A DNA stretch of 64,000 nucleotides from positions 597,606 through 661,605 of the forward strand of contig NMRA01000208.1 of NCBI GenBank assembly GCA_002633005.1. Direction: 5' to 3'. Of the stretch, positions 1 to 13,409 are shown piece by piece. Source of the stretch: Phoronis australis. Its lineage: Eukaryota > Animalia > Phoronida. The position numbers and the translations under genes are program-made. The notes beneath the pieces were generated by a model, which worked only from the letters and a program-made list of their open reading frames with translations, was not told the DNA's origin and did not search any database. Position 1 is the stretch's first letter; every line of letters starts with the position of its first letter.

Positions 1-3000
1 CCGTTGTACTCGGAAAAGACGAAACAAGGTGATGAAGAACTTGGTGCACAGATGGCTGCCATTGATGCCTTGTCTGTTGGTGAGTGGAGATCTTTGTCCA
101 CCTTTTTAGTGCAATTATCTGTCAATAGGTGGCGGTTTCTGTTTTCCTGCTCTTTGCCTTTTGTGGTTTTCTGTATGTGGAGGAATTAATAGATTTGGCT
201 TGCTGGTATTATTTAGAGTGAAGCATCCTGTTTTCTGTGATGACTTATTGAAATCGGTGTTGTCAGTTTAATTTAACCAGTGACATTATGTGGGCGTTAT
301 ATAGCGAGTGCGATTTATAACCTCTATTTGTTGCTTTAGTTTGATTTTAATTGCCAAATGGCAATGTGCTGCTTGTGTTTAACTACATGCATTTAATGTT
401 TTGGATTATTTGTGTTGCAGGAGACGATGATAAACATGAGGTGGAGAGGGAGAGTGGTATAGAAAGTGAGAGTGACTCGGGCAATGAGACAGTCTCATCT
501 GAGAATGTTGACTATCAACGCGGAGCCGGATCTCCGTATAGTGGTCGCGTGGAATTCTCATATGCCTCAGCAGGACGATCAAAACTGGTGGACAGTAAGC
601 CAGATGACGTGCAGAGGATGATAAATAAATTTTCCGTACCACCGCCGCCATTAGTCGATAATGGAGTTGTTAATGCTCCACCGCCACCTATGTTTGAATC
701 CACGGAGTCTACTCCAACAAATGAACGTGAGATTGAGGCTGATGTTGTGTCAGCCCTTACCAGTGATAGTATAACGCCAGTTAATGAAAGTGCAACGGAA
801 TGTCAAGCAGAACTTTTACCACCTCTGCCCAACTTAACAGCATTAGATGTGTTGAATTGTGCAAATCCCAGTGAAGATGAAGTTGATAATACTCAAGTTT
901 ACAATGATGTTCTGCCGCCACCAGTCTTTGAGTCTGAGTCAGCCAACGAGAGTGAGAGTTCGGGTGAAACTGTATTTCAAGCTCCAGACAATTTCATTCA
1001 AAAGGTTCTCTCAGATTCTTTGTCGACCACAGACAGCATACAGAATTCACAACGTTTCGGCTCACTACCAAGACCGAAACGCCCTCCTCCCCTACCTCCC
1101 CCTAGGAGGAGTAGTTTGAGCGATGAAATCCTCGTGCAGAAAGTTGTGACACCGGTTGGAAATCTTACGCCTACTAATGAAGGCCCTGTGACGCTTTCTG
1201 TTTCCAGTTTTAGCAGTTCTGATCAGTCTAGTGCAAACAGTAGTCCGAAGAGATCAAAATCAAAAGACTCTGATGGAACAAAGCGAAAGTCTTGGTATTC
1301 TGCATTGTCTTTAGGAAGGAGTAAAAGTAAATCGTCTTACGACTTTGGGGCTGCACAGGAGGAGTTTGAAACAAACTTTGACGTCGAGAAAGTGGAGACA
1401 CCTGCCAAGGAGGAAGAGGGTGAGAGGCGAGGTCGAGATCGCACCATTAAGAAATCAGAAAGCCTTCGTTCACCTGATAAATCTAGGATGTCGGGGGCAA
1501 AGGAGGCATTTTCAAAATTTCTTAACCTGGCATCGCGTAGACGAACAGGATCTTTGGATCGTTCTAGCTCTAAGTCAAAATCGGACGGGGCATTAGTGAA
1601 TTCACGTTCAAAATCTATGGAGCGTGGTTTGGATACAAATGAGAAGTCGGACTCTGGTACCAAAGTGTCACGCGCGCGTAGTTTTCACATACCAACCCCA
1701 AAGTTTCTGCGTGGACGGTCACCAACCAGATCCAAAGAGCCAGTGTCGTCACCTTCACATTACGACGACCGACTCATCTCACAACCAGTTGTCCATACAT
1801 CCGCCGATATCCATGGCACATTTCCTCGTTTCCGATCCAAAAACAAGGATTCTCCCCTTTCTAGTCACAAACGTATGACCTTTGACCTAAACAACTTTGC
1901 TCAGACTGGTCAGATCGCTGACGCGTACGAGCGTGCAAACTCGGACAACGAGCCCGACCAGATTGCAGAGGATGTCGCTCTTACTGGTCCACGTGACAAT
2001 CACGTTACTACCAAAAAGCACCCAGACTCTGCCGTGTTTCAGACATTTGGCAAGCATGAGGATGATACTGGTGTGACCAGCAAAGTGCAGCGTCACGCGT
2101 CGTTGGGGAGTAAGGACGGTAGCCCTGTGCACGTGAGGCACAGACCAGTGCAGATCACAGGGAGTGTGAGTGGTGTTGCTTCAGCCAGTCCCCAAGGCAA
2201 GTCTCCTACGGTGAGGAGTGCTCTAGCCATGACCAGGACATCACTCAGACCCAACACTCTACCACAGGTAGGCTGATGTGTGCACACTTAGCATTCCATG
2301 TACATTGTGTGGTATGAGGATGTGAGTCCTCATTAGCATTACACGTAGATAGTATGATTGATATGAGCCCAGACTATCGCTTGTCATTTTGAGCTACTGT
2401 CTGTTGTCACGTACCATCTGATGACCTCTAAAGGTATGACAAACTTTTTGCAAGACAATTAGTTATTTGTAAGGAATTTTGTGCTTGATTAAAGGGTTTC
2501 AGGAAGGGGATAGGAATAAACACGTGTATGTATTGAAGTTGGAAAGTATACTTGGTCTACATTTAGTGGCGTTTGTTGCTGGAAATGTCGAGATGTATGA
2601 AGTACACTTCACTCTTAGCATTAATTAAAGTACATTTAATTTATTTTTATATGGAAGAAATTCCAACTCTTCATTATAATTACATTGATTAGTATTAGGA
2701 GTGTTTGACTGTCCTCCATTATAAGATATATTTGCAACTATGAGTTTATTATATTGTATCATTGCAATGGTAGTAACACAGTGATTTGAGGTCTCTCACA
2801 AAAGTACACAGCACCCTTGGCTAGTAAGTATGGCTGGTGTATTGGTACAATAAGGTAAACAATTTCTGTCTGGATATTTTATTGATCTGTTCGTCTTGTG
2901 TTGTTTGCGACCTACTAATTTTAGCGTGGCGCCGTGGTTGTAATTTTTTGTCATCACGTAACTGATAACTGCAATATGTTGGAAATACGGTGAATAATGC

Positions 3001-6000
3001 TATCTTTGCTGCAGAACTGACTCCTGGTGTTGAAATTTTATTGTGATTCTCGCAAAGTGAGAAAAAAATCTTGTTTTTTCCATTTTGCTTTGTTACATTT
3101 CATTCGCATTTTAAAAGGAGTCACTTTGGTGCCGTGATCACGTTCCAGATGAATAGACTAGATCTAGACAATTAATGGGTTTGAGACATGCACATTTGGA
3201 GATTAATAGGGTTGACGGCCGCAGCCAAGACTGAGTTATGATCTGGCTGTATTCTGGCTCACTATTCACAAACAGGTTATGAATTATAACAGTTTAAGAG
3301 TTCAATGGGGTCTTTATTTATTACCGTATAGTTCATGGAGAAATAAATTTTCCATCTGCATACAAGTAAACTGTGAAAATGGGAGCTTTAACTTGAACTT
3401 GCTACGTAAAGGTTGTAATATATCGACTAAAATTGGAATTTAAAAGTTGATACAAAAATTTAGTAGACATCGTCCAATGAAGGTTGTAATCTGTCTACTG
3501 AAATTTGAGTTGAGTAATTAATGCAAATATTTACTAGAGATGATCCGTAAAGTAGTAATAATTATTGAAAATGACTTTTCAATAACAGAATTTTTAAGTT
3601 GCTGTGCGGTATTGGTAAGAAATATTGAATAAAGGTTCATTCATTATGAAACATAATATTAGTAATCTTAGAATGTCTTAATAATGATTGTAAATTAGTA
3701 CTGTAGTAGTGATGTCACATTGATTGAGAAATATTGAAACATTTAAAAGATAGTAATTATAGTATTAGTTATACTGCTGTTTAGTACAGTGTTACTACCA
3801 TTGTGTCTATAATGTTCTGTACAGTTTATTGTACCATTCACTATGGTCCTGCTAGCATGATGTTAGGACTATGTCACCTGAACATATCAACACCAATACC
3901 TTGTTTGTTTATTTACGCTTAGCAGAGGTGCATGTGTGCTTTAAAGTCAATGTCCGTTTGTCCCGCCTTGTTTATCCACACCTGAGAGCAGTTCAGGGTG
4001 GCTAAAAGGTTAATTGGACAATATTTGTCTCCGGCATTCAGTAAAGTGCTCCACTATGACTGATGGGTTGTTTATTACGTCTTTAAAAAGCATAAAACGT
4101 GAATCTTGCCAATATACCGCCGTTATTCCTCCTGGGAACCGTTAAAACAATCAGGGATGGGTTCTTTATTGTCTTAATAAATAAAATCTTAGCGCGGTGT
4201 CTAGGACAGCACCGTGGGAATGCTGAGGAAACGCAGTAAACACGATGGTGTGCAGACGCAATAGCACAGCAACTGCCTAGCTGCAAGAAAATAACATTTG
4301 TTAGTGGATTGAAAATGGGTGGATACCATGATTTGCCATTTTTTGTTTTGCAGTGATTCATTCAAATAAACATGCATTGGAGTTGAAGGGAATTGTTTAT
4401 GAAATGTTTGCCCTTGGTGTTAATGGCATTTCAGTTGAAAATTGAGCGGCGCTATTTTTTGTGATTTAGTTGATCAGCGTTCTTAGCCAGGCATGATAAA
4501 GCATTGTCTCTTGTAAAATAAATTTGTAAGAGTAGTCACTGTTCTGGTACTCTGTATTTAGTGAAGTGGGAAGAGGTTCAAAAAGGGGAAATTAGACTAA
4601 TTTCTCTATGTTGATGTCTCGCTTATTTAAAAAAAAAGATAATTGCCAAAATAACCCTATTGTTCTCAGTGTCCACAACTTTTTAATATATTGTTGTGTG
4701 TTAGCTTGAGTGTAAAACTTGAAAATGGTAAAGCATTTGTCCTCCATATTGTTTACCAAACAGGTTAAGATTTAATAATACGCCGTTAATGTGTTTAAAG
4801 TTTGTAGTAAGTTATTTGGTCTAATACATGTATTAGACTATGACGTGGAATGGCACAGGGAAATATCCGGTTGAACTAGGAATTTTGTGATGGTCTTAAG
4901 TCATCAACAAAAACGTTTTAACCTTGCTATAATAACGGCTTGTACAAAATAATGCACTTTTGTGTAATATGTTTATACGGATGCTTAATACGTCCAAACA
5001 TACACACAGTCAACAATGTGAATATTGATTTCATCGCGAATTAATTTTAAGGCTTCTTTATATCAGAACAATTATGTACTAAAGCATAATTTGGCAGTTG
5101 CCATGGAAACAGAGTTGTAGCATTGGTTGCAATAATCTGTTCTTAATGAAACATCACAATGGCATTATGCTTTTGTTTTTCATTTTGTAGAAGAATGACG
5201 CCATGAAGAAGTCGGGACCCCTAAAGGCAATGCCCCTCCCTCAGGCGTCAATTAAAGGGCTTGAGTCCTCTGCCAAGTCCGGCCCACTCAAGGCTCCGCC
5301 TTCTCCTGTACCTTCGACTGCAGAAGAGGCCATGCCTGTCAAACCTCCTCGTATAAAGTCACCCAAGCCTAGATCGCAAGACCCTCCTGATGTTCCTAAG
5401 CAACCAGAACCACTTGTAGTTTCTTCCGACATCGAGGCACCTAAGCAGACAGTAAAGATAAAGCCAGTTCCACCAGAGCGCAAGCGTTCGCCGATGGTGA
5501 TCAATGCTTCGTCTGTTGTGAAGTCAACAGATGGCGCTGTGTCACCACCTATTTCCCCGAGTCGTTCTGCTCCTCCCACACCAAAGAAGAGATCACCTGT
5601 TCCTTCCCAGAATGCATCGCATCACATCCGCCAACCCTCTCCACCACCTGGGCAGCTATCTCCTAGGCAACCTAGCTCAATATCCAGCCAACCCACATCC
5701 CCAACCAGACAGTCTCCAAAGCCGAGGTATAGTAGGCCAGCCCCAGAGCCTCCAAAACTGAAGAGTCGTGTAGCTGATAAAGACAGTGGGATTAGTAGCA
5801 ACCTTACTTCTATTGACAGTGGGAGTGGAAATAACCAAGAGACCAGTGATACTCCCACTCTCCTGTCCATGGAGGTACAATCTGATGTCACCACCAGTAG
5901 TCCAATGGACAGTGTGTTTAACAGTTCTTGTGAGACTGTCATCAGTGTTGGGGGGGATGTAGTGAATGTGACACCTAAAGAGGTGGCAGAGTATGCCTAC

Positions 6001-6483
6001 ACTGGGGAGCAATCATTCCACCGTGCTGATCAGGACATTGACTCTCTCATTGCTCATCTCAACTGCCATACTAGCCAACTGTCGGCAACCTGCAGTCCTA
6101 TGAAGTTCAAGCAGAGGAAGGATCTGCTCGTGTTCCAGTCCCGAGCGTTTGTCACTGACTCAAAATTGCTGGTGAGCAGCGCGACGCAGACTCGTGAGAA
6201 ACTCATCATTCGACTCAACAACAGTATGCACACTTTGGCTAAGATCATCACGCACACAGAGAGTGTATTGGACGTACTGGTCACAGTTGACCGAGCAACA
6301 CATCTAAGGGATTGTGTGACCAAAATGTGTGAGTGTTACCGCACCACACTCAACGCGGCATTAAGGGCTGCTGGAAAGCCCCTGGCGCATGCTGATATGA
6401 AATCGTTGATGAAGCAGGCGACGAGCTTGGCAAGTATGCTCAGTGCTCTGATGAAGACGCTCAAAAGTCTTGAGAATGGCTGA
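1..6483 (+). CDS. 3' part of a FERM and PDZ domain-containing protein (FRMPD1/3/4, Preso-like); exons <1-79, 421-2267, 5191-6483
   Basis: GT/AG sites with consistent phases (79|421 phase 1, 2267|5191 phase 0). A long Ser/Pro-rich region ends in a helical segment (LLVFQSRAFVTDSKLLVSSA...LMKQATSLASMLSALMKTL) that I recall as resembling the FRMPD C-terminus. Two PPxxF motifs are present. The FERM and PDZ domains themselves lie outside the window. Confidence 0.65.
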
Positions 6484-6978
6484 GTTTGTAAATCAGCCAG
6501 TCTTGTGTGGCGATGTCTTCAGCTTGGATAAATTGGTCCCAGTATACAGCTCAAAACGTGCAATGTCATTTGATATTGGATGAATATTACATGGCCTGTA
6601 CAACTCAATTCATTCAGTCTCAGACTTAATTCAGGCCACCTGAATTCTTCCCCACAGTGAACAATTTAAGGTTCATTCCAGCTCAACAGTGAGTGAATTT
6701 GTTTCTGCTCACAGTTTCAGTGTTCGTAGCGTATGTTCACGCACATGTTTGGTCCATCCTGCTGTGGAGAGTATGTTAACATCTTCACATGGTGACAAAA
6801 TTTAGTCCATGATGGTGCTTTTATTGCAATACCAGGTCATGTCACCATTGGGGTCCATTTGTGGCCGAATAAATCTTACCAAGAGTATAATGTGGCCTAT
6901 TGGGGTTAATAACCTAATATCTGACTGGCTAGGTCATGTACCTTTGGACTGGGTATAGGACAGTTTGAAGGCTAAAGC

Positions 6979-7047
6979 ACTAGAGTATGGGTCATCCCCC
7001 TCACTAGACAATGGGTCTCCCCCCACTAGAGGATGGGTCACCCCCCC
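6979..7047 (+). repeat. Three diverged ~23-bp tandem units (CACTAGAnnATGGGTC...CCCCC) in the likely 3' UTR
   Basis: Units read directly from the sequence. Confidence 0.7.
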
Positions 7048-8244
7048 ATTCAAATTTAGTTGAATGCAGATATATTTATGTGCATGCTCTACTTATGAAT
7101 TGGAAAATATTAAAATGTTCTTAACCATAGCAAAACTATTTTCTTAGTAACCGATTTAGGATGTGGTTTTCTGTGGAAAATAACTCTGTTCTTTGAAACT
7201 TGAGTTTTGATTGAAGAAAATTTCTATTTTCAATATATGAAATTGAGTCATCCGCTTCACTGTTCAGTGCTTGTTGGGGTTATTCAAGTTTTAAGACCAT
7301 TTTAAAGAATAATATGTGAATTATTTGTACTTAAATTTCCCAGTCATATTAAAAGTCTAAATTTGTTTTAAATGGCTGTCGTTGCACTAGATATTGTCAA
7401 ATAATTGTGACATTTAGTGGGACTGACCACATAGTTATGGTCCTTATAGTGGGCGGGGCTTAACACCTGCTGGGTAAATCTTTCATTTTTTAGATTTACT
7501 TACTACCTTTTATATACCATTTCAGTTGTAAAGGTTTTACTAATCTGGTTTTTGACACACTTTTAGTGAATAAAATTTTATGTGAAACCATTTCCTGTTG
7601 GAGTTAGCGTTGACTCTCCTGTTTATTGTTGAAAGGTGAATCTCAATTCAATTCTTTGTCATAATCTGAAAGCTGCAGTAACATTGTACTAGTATTTCTT
7701 GGTTAACCATTCTTTGTTCCAAGCTTTTGAGATGGTTTGCTTTAAGGGATTACTCCTATAGTTGGTACCAAATGTGATAGGAAACCACTATTTTATTGTC
7801 CGAAGTACGGACAGTTTTTGTCTAAGGGATTATCTGATATATTGCTTGTAACTTAATTGTCTTTATAACTGGTGATGTTGGGATCTTGTATTTACTTTTA
7901 TCATTTAAATAGTGCTCTTGCAATATTTTCTCTCATTGTGTGCGATGGAATAGCATGATTTGGACATTGTGTGAGATCAAGTGTTATAAATAGTGTATAG
8001 TAAAAAGAGAAACAGCATTGATATGTTTTATATCAGACTTGAATTTATACTAATTGACTGACTGTGAAGGAATGTAGACTATAAATTTTAATTTTGCTCA
8101 TGGCTGTAGGAAGTCTTTTTTGTTCTTGTTAGTATTGATTGTGATCCCCCTGTTGGCAGTATTAGTTATCTTCCTTTAGTATTCTAGTTTCAGGTGACAG
8201 TTTACTTGTCTGTGTTCATTCCCTTATTTATGTATTAACTGTAC

Positions 8245-8250
8245 AATAAA
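8245..8250 (+). promoter_or_regulatory. Candidate polyadenylation signal of the FRMPD-like gene
   Basis: AATAAA at the end of a T-rich 3' UTR-like tract, followed by GT/T-rich sequence. Other AATAAA hexamers occur upstream. Confidence 0.4.
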
Positions 8251-11200
8251 CTGTTAACTTTTTACGAAATGAGTGTTGAGTTTTGAAAAAAGCATGATTT
8301 ATAAGCTGCGTTTACAAATTGCACTCCACTCATTAGTGTCACTGCACACAGCACATTACAATACCTTTTGTGTTTCTAATGCAATAAACCTAATCTGGTG
8401 GAAATAATTACAGGTGTATTATCTTCTAACAAAGATGCACACGCTCCATTAATTCGGCCATGTCTATAAATAGACTTAGCTTGCTCCTTGCTTGGGGCGT
8501 AGCCAGAGTTGCACCCCTAGCCCAGTCTTTGTGTAGCAAAGTTTGTAATCACTGTGCCCGTGGCACGAATGTGTAATAGATCACCCGATCACCTGTAAAA
8601 GCCCGCATGTGTTGCTGAAACGTTGGCACTGAATTTTCAAATTCTTTATTTTCTTTTTTTCACAGTGTTACGATCGACAGGCGAGAATTATAATTCTTAA
8701 AGTTACATTTCGCCCCATTAGACTTTTGCTCCCATGATAAAATTGATTTCGTAAATCCTTACCTTCCATTACCAGTTACTTTAATTGAGTCGAGGCAATG
8801 CCCACTACGAATCATTTTCGAATTCGTAATTTTAGGGTTGGCCATTCTGACGTTCTTTTTAGCGAGCTACAAACAGGGCAAAATACACCATTAATTTTCA
8901 AATGGAGCGTGCATACTGATTTGTGAACAATAGTTTTGGATGGCGTTTTCCTTCGGAGCGATTTAAGGTAAAACACAGGTGTTGCGATCTTTACCTTTTT
9001 AAAACTCCACAACAAATCTGCCCACTAGCCATTTTGTTGGTACGTCTAGATCCAAAGTTATAAGAGCATGAGACACACAGCTATACCAAATTTTCTAAAT
9101 ACAGTTGTTTGCAAACATAATATATCGCACAGTTGTTTGTATTATATCGAGGAAAGAATCACGCTTCGGAAATTATTGTGGTCACGTACTCCTTTTGCAA
9201 GACATGTCGATATCTCGCGAAGTCTATCGAGTTCTTGCTTTTTGGCTTACAAGAAACTAGGTCTGGGTAGCGCACTTACGGCCGGTCTTCGAACTAATTA
9301 TTTCTCAAATATCGTCTCCAGTTATCTAAATGGTTGAAAATCCCGGCGTTATCCTTCGGTTCAAGGCGCAGTCACACTGCAAGTAAATGGACGCGTACGT
9401 AATTTCGTTCTCAAACTATTGACAAAAATGCTCACGTTCACTTTTCAGTTGCTATGTCGTGTTGTATCTTTGGACACTAGGAAGACACACCTAATCCATA
9501 GGTTCATCCATTTCAAGTTATGGTATCCATTTAGTATATCTGAGATTTAAGGCAATCCTATATAAGTATTTTAAAGCCCGGGTACTGAGCGCAGCTTGAG
9601 CGGGTAAAAATAAACATGTCTCACGCCGGGGTATTGACGTCAGCAAGACGTTGTGATGGTTGTTTTTTGTTTCCATTTCCTTCATGTTTTTAAAGGACTT
9701 TTTTATTTTTTTTAATTCAAATTCTTACTTCACTATTCATGTACATATACACGTACAAACATACATACACCCATTTCTCTTAAGTTTTATTTTTCTACGG
9801 ATCTGTCACAATAGTGTTTTGGACAACTAGTGATTTCAACTGACTTCCACACGACTATTTAGCAACTTAATTATAGGCCTACGTTGAAAAGAGACAAAAT
9901 CAGTCTTATTGTTTAGTGTTGCCTATAAACGTCAAGTAAAGTTTTAAACACAATCTCGTCTAAAAGACAAATTTAAAAAAGTTAAAGTCCACGTTACCCC
10001 CCAAGCACTAAGGCGGATACAAAATAGCTAAATCAATCACCTGGTGAAGCTGTGGCTGCAATTTTAGAGCCACGCGCGGCCGTAAGGTGGAAAGGTCAAC
10101 TGTCGTCAAATTTACACTGGGAATGTATGGCATAGACATATGGTATGGATATTCTTTCGGCCACTGCATAGTTACAACAAGCATTTCTTTCTTTCATGTT
10201 ATTGAAAATATCCCGGCGCATACATTGATCTCACCGTGTAAACTTTGTTCATGTTGACAGCCCGTTTCTGCAGTTTAAAGTATCTGTAAAACCGTATTCG
10301 AAAAAAGTTCAACTTTTCATTTAGCCCATCCAGCGTTAGGCCTATGGTGTTGGTCTCAATTTGTTGCTTACTCAGATAAGAAGTGATGTTTGGTGTGCAA
10401 GTTCGTTATTGCTCAATATCGTGCTTGCACGCCGGTGACAAGTCAACTTGTACATCCTCGTCTCGAGCAACGAACTGTCAGCTCTTTCCAAGTTCAGAAA
10501 CCACGTCCATTTTGACTATGGAACAATTTGAGACCAATCGTATAAATGTAAGTTGTCTAAATCAAAGGTTGTTTTTAGTGCGACAGAAGATGGATTCACG
10601 TGTTCTTCAATCGTTTACGATGAACACATATGACGTAGTAGGCTAGATGCAAGCATTGATGAGGCTAGGCTTTTGGCGTACCCCTACTCATATGAATCGA
10701 ATTCAAGATTACAGTTTCTTAGGCGCCTGCTTAATAGTTATGAAAAATAAGCAGACTGGCCATAGGTGTGTCTCTTAGACTAACGTAAATGTGGTGTGCA
10801 AAAGTTCAAAGTATTTTTTTTTTCTTATGAGAAGTTCATATTGAATCTATTGCCGGAAAAAGGATAAGAGGTAGCCTAGTAGTACGCTGCTGAAACTCCA
10901 AACTCATTAGTTGTTGGCTTTTCATTTTCGTGATGGGTCCCAGGTTACGATCACGAAAATGTTCAGTGAAAATCTTGTTCTCGTGTAGCGCGTGCAAAGC
11001 ACAAAGTAGGCCAAGAAACATGCGTCTAAAGTCTCGGCATAGAATAAAAATGAGCGATGAGCCGTGGAGACAGTCATCGGCAGAAAGCAGTCTTGTTTTC
11101 TAGTTACCCTAGTACAGATCTCCCAGGAAGTGGTTTGATAAATTATTATGCGGTCCATGAGCGTCCGGGCCTTGAGTTAATAAAAAATCGCTCTTTTCTA

Positions 11201-12329
11201 AAAAAAAAAATGTTCACTGAAGCGTATTTGTTCATGCCCAATATTGACGTTACCTTGGCACAAGATACCGACAGTTCAGCACCGACAATTTCTTGTACAA
11301 ATAAAAACTATCCAGCCATAATGTATAAAATGTTGAATCCACCAGTTTTGCCAGGAACTGTATATTCAGCTATGATTAGCTGGAGTGGTTGTCTTTAAAG
11401 TTGTTACCCGCACCGTGCCTTTCTATTGCCGATGAAGTGTAGGTTGGCCATTCTTGACTTCATGCCAAAGGTTGAAGTAGTCCGATTCTCCGCGGTATGT
11501 TGCCGAATGGTCCAGTGTATGAAATTCCACGCACAACATGCTAAGATGACAGCCATAGTCTCAAAATTCAAGTGAACGATTTATGAACACCGTTGAAATA
11601 ATTTGACAATGCTGACTGAGGGTTCAGAGTCGTCAACACTAAAGTACAGTCAGTGTTATGTATGCATGTGTGTGCGTGTGTAAACTGAAACGGACTGGTA
11701 ATCGAATGGGTAGCGAACAGGAAAGATAGATTTCAATAACCATATTCAGTTTCAATGTAAAGCGTAGAAAAATATGTTTATAAATAAAACAAGCTTTTTT
11801 AGTTACGACATGTTACGATGTACTCACACACATCATCAGCAGGAAAACATAGGCCATCTAATGAACAATGACCAGTGTTCATGAACAGGAGTGAACTAGA
11901 TGCACTGCTGCGCAGTAACAACACAAGACCAGTTAGCATTTTGCCAGTAATGTTGTTACTATGCAGCTGTGCATCCAATCAATTTCTGTACATGTGCACT
12001 GGTTAGGTGCTAATGTTTTCCTGATAATCATGTGAGTGAGTACATTGAAACATGTCGAAACTTAGATATCTAGTTTTATTCATTAACATTGGGACAAACC
12101 TGTCTTCACTGAGACCATAGAAAAAAATAAGAACTGCTTCTGGCACTTCCGGTCACTTTTGGTTTCGTAAGGACCACCAGCCTAGTCGCATGCAAGAAGA
12201 ATCACGCGGTTCTCTGCTCTTATTTACATATTTCAAAAAGACTTAAGCTATGACAATGTGAAAAGAATGTTTATTAAATTCAGTTAAAATATCTCTACAC
12301 GCGCAATGAAGTTTCGTGTCTCTTTTTCA

Positions 12330-13409
12330 TTACAAACATGTGTACTGTTGAGAGATTGTGTTAGTCCACATTGATCCGTTTTCGGCTATATTAGAAAATG
12401 CCTGAGGAAATGCTGGTAATGCAGTCAGATTCATCTGGTTGGACAGACCATCGAAATTTGCCAGCAAATCATTATTCCCTACGCAGGCACTGGTTGTATT
12501 ACAGCACAAAGTTTCAGGGCACGGAATTCCTGATATCATCGGTTCGAGCGAAAGTTCTTGTGATTTGTAAAAGTCGTCAGCTAGAGTCAAATTAGCAACA
12601 GGCGCAATGTTATTGTTGATGCTTGACCAGCCAATGGCGTCCATACTTAATGATGTGGACACAAGCTCAGCTTGAGACGTGAACGGACTACAGGACCCTG
12701 AGCTGTGACTTGAAACAATGCTTTCAGGCGAGTCGCAGAGCGACCTTGGACCTTCGGCATTCCACGCTTCCGAAAGTATATCATTCAGGTCCTGTTGACA
12801 TGATGAGATGAGCTCTGTTCCTGCATTGTCAAACAGTTCGTCGATGGGGTCCAGTATGTAATTAAGGGACGTCATGTGAGCACAGCTTCCAGCCTGCATT
12901 TCATTGTCGACCTGTGCAGTCAAGTCGGAAAAGAAATCTTTACAAAACGAGGCTGGCTGAGGCATCTTTTTACATTTACTCACAGGCTCCTTAAAGAATG
13001 ACGCTGGAAGATTTCTTCTTCTAAACGGAACTTTTGAACCAGGTCCGCTTCGAGGTGTCGGGTCGGCACAACAGCGTTCATGCAATGTCCTTGGGTCAAA
13101 AAGAGCCTGTAAGGACTTATGTTGCAAGCCAGCTTGTGACGTCTCCTTACGATGTGACTTGCCACCGGACATGAAGGAATCAGACATTTTAAAATCTTGA
13201 CACGTCTTGCTAGAGCCGTTGCAGCGTTTCAGTTGTTTCTGTAGGTACTTTCGATGGTTGACCCTGCGCTTCGACTTGACGGGTTTGTCCAAAGCAATCT
13301 TAATGTTGCTGGACGCCATATCAACGAAACTAAGCAGGTTCGATGTTGTCTCATCACTTGGTGGTTTGTCATGGAGTTTAGTCAACTGGTATTGAAGCAG
13401 TGCCGTCAT
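12330..13409 (-). CDS. FAM181: FAM181 family protein, intronless, 359 aa
   Basis: Family signature [39 protein letters not shown] and YAP-like TEAD-binding loop [15 protein letters not shown]. Confidence 0.93.
   Translation of the reverse strand: MTALLQYQLTKLHDKPPSDETTSNLLSFVDMASSNIKIALDKPVKSKRRVNHRKYLQKQLKRCNGSSKTCQDFKMSDSFMSGGKSHRKETSQAGLQHKSLQALFDPRTLHERCCADPTPRSGPGSKVPFRRRNLPASFFKEPVSKCKKMPQPASFCKDFFSDLTAQVDNEMQAGSCAHMTSLNYILDPIDELFDNAGTELISSCQQDLNDILSEAWNAEGPRSLCDSPESIVSSHSSGSCSPFTSQAELVSTSLSMDAIGWSSINNNIAPVANLTLADDFYKSQELSLEPMISGIPCPETLCCNTTSACVGNNDLLANFDGLSNQMNLTALPAFPQAFSNIAENGSMWTNTISQQYTCL

Noticed and set aside
406-6323. Antisense and alternative-frame ORFs over the large FRMPD-like exons
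   Set aside because: Shadows of long coding exons with no independent evidence.
5203-6483. Abl kinase F-actin-binding tail or p130Cas C-terminus
   Set aside because: A Pro-rich region plus helical bundle is superficially similar, but the residue pattern fits my recollection of FRMPD proteins better. No kinase evidence lies in the window.
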